64,000 bases of DNA from Tubiluchus corallicola. Lineage: Eukaryota > Animalia > Priapulida. Within the stretch, counting starts at the first letter, position 1, and each line of letters opens with the position of its first letter. Shown one piece after another: positions 58,539 through 64,000 of the stretch. The position numbers and the translations under genes are program-made. The notes under the pieces were generated by a model. That model did not search any database. It was not told the DNA's origin and saw only the letters and a program-made list of their open reading frames with translations. The DNA lies in assembly GCA_030141605.1 (NCBI GenBank), contig JAQGDQ010002369.1, positions 809,889 through 873,888 on the forward strand, written 5' to 3'.

Positions 58539-61500
58539 ACGTCTCCGAGCCTTTCATCCGCCGTCCTGTCATGACAACCCTTGTCATGATCACGATTCTT
58601 TATTTTGGAGCCATTTCCTTTTATGGCCTACCAGTAAGTGATCTTCCGAACGTTGACTATCCGACGATCATGGTCACAACTTCGAACCCGGGCTCCAATC
58701 CTGAAACGATGGCGAATACCGTCGGAACTCCTCTGGAAAGAGAGTTCATGACCATTGAAGGAGTGCAAGCACTCGTTTCGAACAGCGTCACTGGAACAAC
58801 GACAGATGTATTGCAATTTTCCCTCGATAGAAGCATCGATGCAGCAGCACAAGATGTTCAAGCCGCAATCAACAGAGCCCAGCCCAACTTGCCGGAAGAT
58901 CTTCCCTACAATCCAACCTATCGAAAAGTCAACCCAGCCGACACCCCTATTATCTATTTTGCCGTTACTTCACCAACGATGACCCTTGCCCAGCTTTATG
59001 ACATGGGGAATACCTATATTGGGCAAAGGCTAAACATGATCGATGGCGTCTCTCAGGTCCTGACTTATGGAGAGCCTTTCGCAGTTCGGGTACAGGTCGA
59101 TCCCCAGGAACTGGCAGCCAAAGAGATAGGCATCGATGAAGTCTTGGACACAGTGCAAAGAGGGAACGTCGATAATCCGACAGGAACTTTATTCGGGCCC
59201 GATCAGGAATTCACCATCGATGTGAATGGCCAACTACTCCATGGAGGCGGGTACGACCAGCTCGTCATCAAAAATAAAGATGGAGCCATGGTCAAGATCC
59301 ATGATGTCGGCCGCTCTCTCAATAGTTTGCAGGATGATAAAATTTATCTGAATTATCTCACGAAGGAATCTGACCAGCAATGCGTTGTCATTGCTGTCCA
59401 AAGAGCTCCCGGTTCCAACACGGTCGCTATCATTGACAGGATCAATGAACTTCTCCCCGGCATCCTGAGACAGCTTCCTCCCAATTTAGAAGTACACCGT
59501 ATTTTTGACAAAGCTGAGTTCATCAACGATTCCGTTCGGGATGTTGAGATGACCCTCATCATCGCGTTCGTATTGGTCGTTGGAATCATCTACCTTTCTT
59601 TGGGAAAGGTCATGAATACGATCATTCCCTCTCTTGCCCTGCCTCTCTCCATCATAGGCACGTTCGCAGGCATGTATTTGTTTGGGTTCAGCATCGATAT
59701 ACTATCTCTTCTCGCCTTAACTCTTTCCATTGGATTTCTCGTCGATGATGCCATTGTTGTGCTCGAAAATAATGTTCGCCATGTACAGAAAGGAGAAACT
59801 CCTTTTGAGGCTTCCCTAAAAGGATCGAAAGAGATCAGCATCACGATTTTTTCCACCTCGATCTGTCTGATTGCTGTTTTCATCCCAATGCTTTTTCTTG
59901 GAGGGGTCATCGGACGGCTATTTAGAGAGTTTGCTGTAACGATTGTTCTTGCCGTCGCCATCTCGACCTTCATATCCCTATCTTTAACACCAATGCTTTG
60001 CAGCCGGGTTATTCCTCCTTATGAAGGGTCCACTAAAACAAGAATGGAACGGTTAGTCGATTTAATCACGGAAAAGGTCCTAAAAATATACGCGATCTCT
60101 CTCTCCTGGATTTTCCGGCATAAATACATCATTGTGATTATCGGATTTTTAAATATCGTTTTCTCTGTGGTTCTCTTTGTTGTTGTTCCCAAAGATTTTC
60201 TCCCTGCAGATGATATGGGATTCATCCAGGGATTTACAGAAGCCCGCGATGGCACTTCACCTTTTAAAATGGCCGACTACCAATCAGATGTCTCAACGAC
60301 GATCATCGATGATCCAGCCGTTGAAGCTGTTGTTTCTGTTGCATCCATTGCAGAAGATAATGAAGGACTCATGTTCATCCGCCTCGTGCCTTATAAGGAC
60401 AGAGGAAACATGTTCTCCATCATTAATCGGCTGCAGGCAAAAATGTTCGACATTGTAGGGATCAATACCTTCCTTGCCCCATTGCCTCTCATCAATTTAC
60501 AGGTTGGTACGCAAATGAAAGGTCTATATCAATATGCAATGACGAGCATCAGTAGCGATGATCTGTGGGAAACTTCTGAAAAACTCGAAAATAAATTAAA
60601 AGCCTTACCTCAATTAACTCAGGTCTCCAGCGATCTTCAAATCAAACAACCACAGCTTGAAATCGAAATCAATCGGGATCGTGCCTCAGACCTTAATATC
60701 AGTGCCTTTCAAATCGAACAGTTGTTCGGTCTGGCCTATTCAGATGGAAAGGTCTCTACGATCAATACCCCGATCAATCAGTATGATGTGATCATTGAGA
60801 CTCTTCCTTCCTTTTATCGGAATCCATCGGTCCTGAATGATCTCTATGTCCGGTCTACTACCAATGACCTCGTCCCTCTGACACAAATCGTTAACACCAA
60901 AGAAACGGTTGGTCCTCTCACCGTTAACCATTTCAACGGACTCCCCTCGGTCACTCTTTCCTACAACCTTCCGCAGGGAATGCCGCTCGGGACCGCTGTT
61001 AACGCGTTAGAAAAGGCGGCAGCAGAGACTCTTCCTCCCAATGTGATTGGAATTGCCCAAGGTACGGCTGATGTTTTCAAACAATCGTTTGCCAGTCTTA
61101 AGTTTTTATTCATTATTACGATCTTCATCATCTATGTCGTTTTGGGAATCCTCTATGAGAACTTCATCCATCCGATCACAGTCATGACCGCTCTTCCCCC
61201 TACCATTTTAGGAGGTCTTCTCTCCTTATATATTGTAGGGGCAAGCCTCGACCTTTATTCCTTCGTTGGACTCATCATGCTCATCGGTATCGTGATGAAG
61301 AACGGTATCCTGATGGTCGACTTTGCAAATTCATCAATCCAGAATGAAGGGAAAAGTGCTTATGATGCGATCTTCGATGCCTGTATGATTCGTTTCCGAC
61401 CGATCATTATGACCTCAGCCTCCGCTTTCATGGGAGCCCTTCCCATTGCCCTCGGCATCGGCGGTGCCGGCGCCCAGTCACGTATCCCCCTCGGCCTTGT

Positions 61501-61645
61501 TATCGTTGGCGGGCTTGTATTCTCTCAGCTTCTCACTCTCTTTTTAACTCCCGTAATCTACTATTATTTCGAGGTCATGTTCGAAAAGCTGCGAGAGCTC
61601 AAAGAGAAACGAAAAGCCAAAAAAGCTGAAAGCAACCCCGCTTAG
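58535..61645 (+). CDS. RND efflux permease (MdtB/MdtC-like)
   Basis: FIRRPV.T, LPVSDLP.VDYP, GFLVDDAIVVLEN, GIVMKNGI and RFRPIIMT; 1036 aa. Confidence 0.95.
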   Translation: MNVSEPFIRRPVMTTLVMITILYFGAISFYGLPVSDLPNVDYPTIMVTTSNPGSNPETMANTVGTPLEREFMTIEGVQALVSNSVTGTTTDVLQFSLDRSIDAAAQDVQAAINRAQPNLPEDLPYNPTYRKVNPADTPIIYFAVTSPTMTLAQLYDMGNTYIGQRLNMIDGVSQVLTYGEPFAVRVQVDPQELAAKEIGIDEVLDTVQRGNVDNPTGTLFGPDQEFTIDVNGQLLHGGGYDQLVIKNKDGAMVKIHDVGRSLNSLQDDKIYLNYLTKESDQQCVVIAVQRAPGSNTVAIIDRINELLPGILRQLPPNLEVHRIFDKAEFINDSVRDVEMTLIIAFVLVVGIIYLSLGKVMNTIIPSLALPLSIIGTFAGMYLFGFSIDILSLLALTLSIGFLVDDAIVVLENNVRHVQKGETPFEASLKGSKEISITIFSTSICLIAVFIPMLFLGGVIGRLFREFAVTIVLAVAISTFISLSLTPMLCSRVIPPYEGSTKTRMERLVDLITEKVLKIYAISLSWIFRHKYIIVIIGFLNIVFSVVLFVVVPKDFLPADDMGFIQGFTEARDGTSPFKMADYQSDVSTTIIDDPAVEAVVSVASIAEDNEGLMFIRLVPYKDRGNMFSIINRLQAKMFDIVGINTFLAPLPLINLQVGTQMKGLYQYAMTSISSDDLWETSEKLENKLKALPQLTQVSSDLQIKQPQLEIEINRDRASDLNISAFQIEQLFGLAYSDGKVSTINTPINQYDVIIETLPSFYRNPSVLNDLYVRSTTNDLVPLTQIVNTKETVGPLTVNHFNGLPSVTLSYNLPQGMPLGTAVNALEKAAAETLPPNVIGIAQGTADVFKQSFASLKFLFIITIFIIYVVLGILYENFIHPITVMTALPPTILGGLLSLYIVGASLDLYSFVGLIMLIGIVMKNGILMVDFANSSIQNEGKSAYDAIFDACMIRFRPIIMTSASAFMGALPIALGIGGAGAQSRIPLGLVIVGGLVFSQLLTLFLTPVIYYYFEVMFEKLRELKEKRKAKKAESNPA

Positions 61646-61653
61646 AGAATCCT

Positions 61654-62874
61654 TTAAACCAGATTGTTTCTATAGTTCTTGAATGAGAAAGAAACACAGA
61701 TTGCGATGATGATACAGATTGTAATGAAGAAATAAAAAGGTACGGGATGAAGAACCGCTTCCTGACGTAATAATAAGGGACCGAGAAAAGCAGATAATAC
61801 AAGAATAAAATAGCAAAGGGTCATCGCTTTTCCCTGATGATCAGGCGAGGTAATGAGAGAGATCAACCCCTGAATCGAAGGCCAGAGCAACCCCATTAAC
61901 ACACCTGTGAAAAAGGGAAGGGAATAAAGAAAAAACTCGCGTAAAAAGATCGGTGATAAGACCCAAAAGATAAAGTATACAACAAAAGCATAGTGAAAGA
62001 TTTTGCCTATTGAAAATCTCTTTACAAGAAAGGGAAACAAGAAACAGGCCGATGCGAACCATCCTATGCTCATCGATACGTAGAGCAGCATGATATGAAA
62101 ACGTGAGGAAGCAAGGTGCTGGAACATATAGGAAGAATGGGTCTCTTCGAGAGTTAAGAATGGCAGGATGGCCAGAAAAAATAGAAAGAAGAGCCTGGAG
62201 ATTCCCTTCGTTTTGAATAATTCCCCAAATCCCCGGAAAGAGTGGTGCCAGTCTCTTTTTGGAAACTCCCTCACTTCTGTGAAGTTCAAATAAATGACCA
62301 CCCATACGAATATACCGACGATTGCTGTCGTAAAGAAAGGAATGATCGAATACTTGAACAAAGGGGTATGTCGATGAATCAGTGAAAAATCGAGAATAAA
62401 GAAAACGCCAGCCAACACACCATCAGCTGAGGCAAAAATACCGAAGGACTTCATTCTCTGATAGGGATTCGAGTGAAGATCAGCCAAAGATGCATAGGCA
62501 AGAGGACGGAAAGAATCTCCTGCGCCGCTAAGGAATTGTCCAAGAAAAATAAAACCAAGAACGCTAAAACCTGCTCCTACTCCGCTGACCAGATAACCGA
62601 TGGCCCAAATCGTCATAGAGAGCAAAAAGATCTTTCTTCTTCCTATCCGATCGCTCAGCCCGCCAAAAAAAAGAGTCAAACAGGCGCTTCCAATTGAATA
62701 TAGCCCGAGGGCAACCCCTATGAGAAAAAATTTATGCTGTTGGGCCAATGGGGTGATTTTGGGATAGGCGATGAACCTTATAGCGTCAAAAACAATGTAG
62801 GAATTGATTCCTATGAGAAAGAATCCAAGGAGAAGAAGAGCTAATAAAGGAATGCCTAGATAGGATATTTTCAT
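61654..62874 (-). CDS. MFS transporter (DHA1/TetA-like)
   Basis: GGLSDRIGRRK motif A, ASLAD and QGKA; about 12 TM helices. Confidence 0.85.
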   Translation of the reverse strand: MKISYLGIPLLALLLLGFFLIGINSYIVFDAIRFIAYPKITPLAQQHKFFLIGVALGLYSIGSACLTLFFGGLSDRIGRRKIFLLSMTIWAIGYLVSGVGAGFSVLGFIFLGQFLSGAGDSFRPLAYASLADLHSNPYQRMKSFGIFASADGVLAGVFFILDFSLIHRHTPLFKYSIIPFFTTAIVGIFVWVVIYLNFTEVREFPKRDWHHSFRGFGELFKTKGISRLFFLFFLAILPFLTLEETHSSYMFQHLASSRFHIMLLYVSMSIGWFASACFLFPFLVKRFSIGKIFHYAFVVYFIFWVLSPIFLREFFLYSLPFFTGVLMGLLWPSIQGLISLITSPDHQGKAMTLCYFILVLSAFLGPLLLRQEAVLHPVPFYFFITICIIIAICVSFSFKNYRNNLV

Positions 62875-62911
62875 ATCTTTTTTCTATCTAGGATCCTATT
62901 TGAAAGCAATA

Positions 62912-63226
62912 TTATATGAAATAGCCTCTAGCAGCATTCACTAATAGACCGAGACCAATCACTCCTACCGTAACTGCCGCAGCTACTAAAGCGTTGCAGA
63001 AAGAACTCTGGCCTTTCCTGTTTCTGATCACATGTACCGCCCTTGCTCTTTGAACAGGTGGGAGGTGGCTTACTGTGACCCCTCTCCCTACTCTCCGAAT
63101 TGTGACGTCGCCAAGACCATGATGAACTGCCATTCCGCCCGTTCTATGAGGAGCAGCAGCGTCTCCTCCTGCTGGGCCGAAGGGAACTTCTATCGAAGGT
63201 GCTAGATCATTGATTCCTCTTGTCAT
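62912..63226 (-). CDS. Small tail-anchored hypothetical protein A
   Basis: RBS GGAG; low-complexity N-terminus and a single C-terminal TM; paralog of the neighbouring gene. Confidence 0.7.
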   Translation of the reverse strand: MTRGINDLAPSIEVPFGPAGGDAAAPHRTGGMAVHHGLGDVTIRRVGRGVTVSHLPPVQRARAVHVIRNRKGQSSFCNALVAAAVTVGVIGLGLLVNAARGYFI

Positions 63227-63244
63227 ATTTCTCTCCACTTACAT

Positions 63245-63550
63245 TTATGGAAGTAATAACTGATTTTTAACAGCAAACGCTAAGGCAGCAACACCAATAG
63301 AGGCTAATGCTAGGGATGTAACAACTAGCGCATTCCGGAAAGGACAATTACTTTCTCTTCTTCTATACACAGTCATTGCTCTTTGAGGGCCGGGAAGGTG
63401 AATTACATCCACAACTCTTGGTCCTTGGAGGTTGCTGTTTCTATTGGGCCGAAGAGCCATTCCACCCGATCCATCCATAGGGAGGTTATCTGCTTCAGGT
63501 GGGTTAGAAGGACCTGTTAACAAAGTTCCTGGACTTACTTCAAGTGACAT
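63245..63550 (-). CDS. Small tail-anchored hypothetical protein B
   Basis: RBS AGGAG; shares GGMA, HLP..QRA and F.NALV plus C-terminal TM with protein A. Confidence 0.7.
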   Translation of the reverse strand: MSLEVSPGTLLTGPSNPPEADNLPMDGSGGMALRPNRNSNLQGPRVVDVIHLPGPQRAMTVYRRRESNCPFRNALVVTSLALASIGVAALAFAVKNQLLLP

Positions 63551-63575
63551 ATTATTTCTCCTATTAGGTTATAAG

Positions 63576-64000
63576 TTATAATGTAAAAAAATATTGAATG
63601 GCTAGAGCTGCTATCCCTGCTGCAACCGGAATTGCAACGCTAAGATAGGAACAGTTGCTTTTATTTTCTGGCTGGACCATTTCAGGTATATGACGAACGC
63701 CTCGCAATTGCATTAGAATGGAGGTTATTCGATCATTGATGACTTCAATGTCTTCCGCCGAAGCATGATGCAAATCATTGCCGAATTCTTCTTGAGCTTC
63801 AAGCCTATCTTCACTATTCGATCCATCTCCATCAATAAGACTGATCAAATACTCCACAGGATCATCCTCGGGAAGGATAATTTGCCGATCTCTTGCATAT
63901 ATTTCAAGATCTCTAAGTATTTGAACGACCGGACCTCTTCGGGGATCGGTTGGATCCATTTGAGCCAGCTTTCGTTGAAGTGCTCCAAATCTTAGATAAG
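63576..64000 (-). CDS. Hypothetical protein with C-terminal TM; 5' end probably beyond the window edge
   Basis: The frame stays open from 63959 to the window edge (YLRFGALQRKLAQMDPT...); C-terminal hydrophobic helix. Confidence 0.65.
   Translation of the reverse strand, partial: YLRFGALQRKLAQMDPTDPRRGPVVQILRDLEIYARDRQIILPEDDPVEYLISLIDGDGSNSEDRLEAQEEFGNDLHHASAEDIEVINDRITSILMQLRGVRHIPEMVQPENKSNCSYLSVAIPVAAGIAALAIQYFFTL

Noticed and set aside
52865-60931. Many 60-200 aa alternative-frame and antisense ORFs inside gatCAB and the RND operon (similarly within opp, glmS and umuC)
   Set aside because: Nested in well-supported genes, with no recognisable motifs; expected shadow ORFs.

Overview
This is a gene-dense chromosomal segment from an environmental member of the Chlamydiae. 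The call rests on chlamydial gene neighbourhoods: a DUF378 gene divergent from gatCAB, rodZ-like / rnhC / outer-membrane barrel, a Pkn1-type kinase-FGE fusion, and class I aldolase fbaB. The family cannot be fixed from sequence alone. Housekeeping blocks include glmS, rimO, oppABCDF, ispH, sixA, gatCAB, a TolC-MFP-RND pump, umuDC and several transporters. These are interleaved with lineage-specific, eukaryote-like candidate host effectors: four RING-finger proteins that all have His instead of Cys at zinc ligand 3, a type II PI4-kinase-like protein, a 1181-aa multi-hairpin Inc-like protein ending in a possible catalytically dead herpes-tegument-type DUB fold, a poly-Lys protein and a tandem of tail-anchored proteins. 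Other observations are a 168-bp nested palindromic MITE/RPE-like element, two small genes missed by the ORF track, and candidate operator repeats. About a dozen single-base frame breaks, several in homopolymers, more likely reflect assembly errors than true pseudogenes. I found no rRNA, tRNA, CRISPR array, transposase or prophage. All family calls come from reading motifs by eye; no searches were run.
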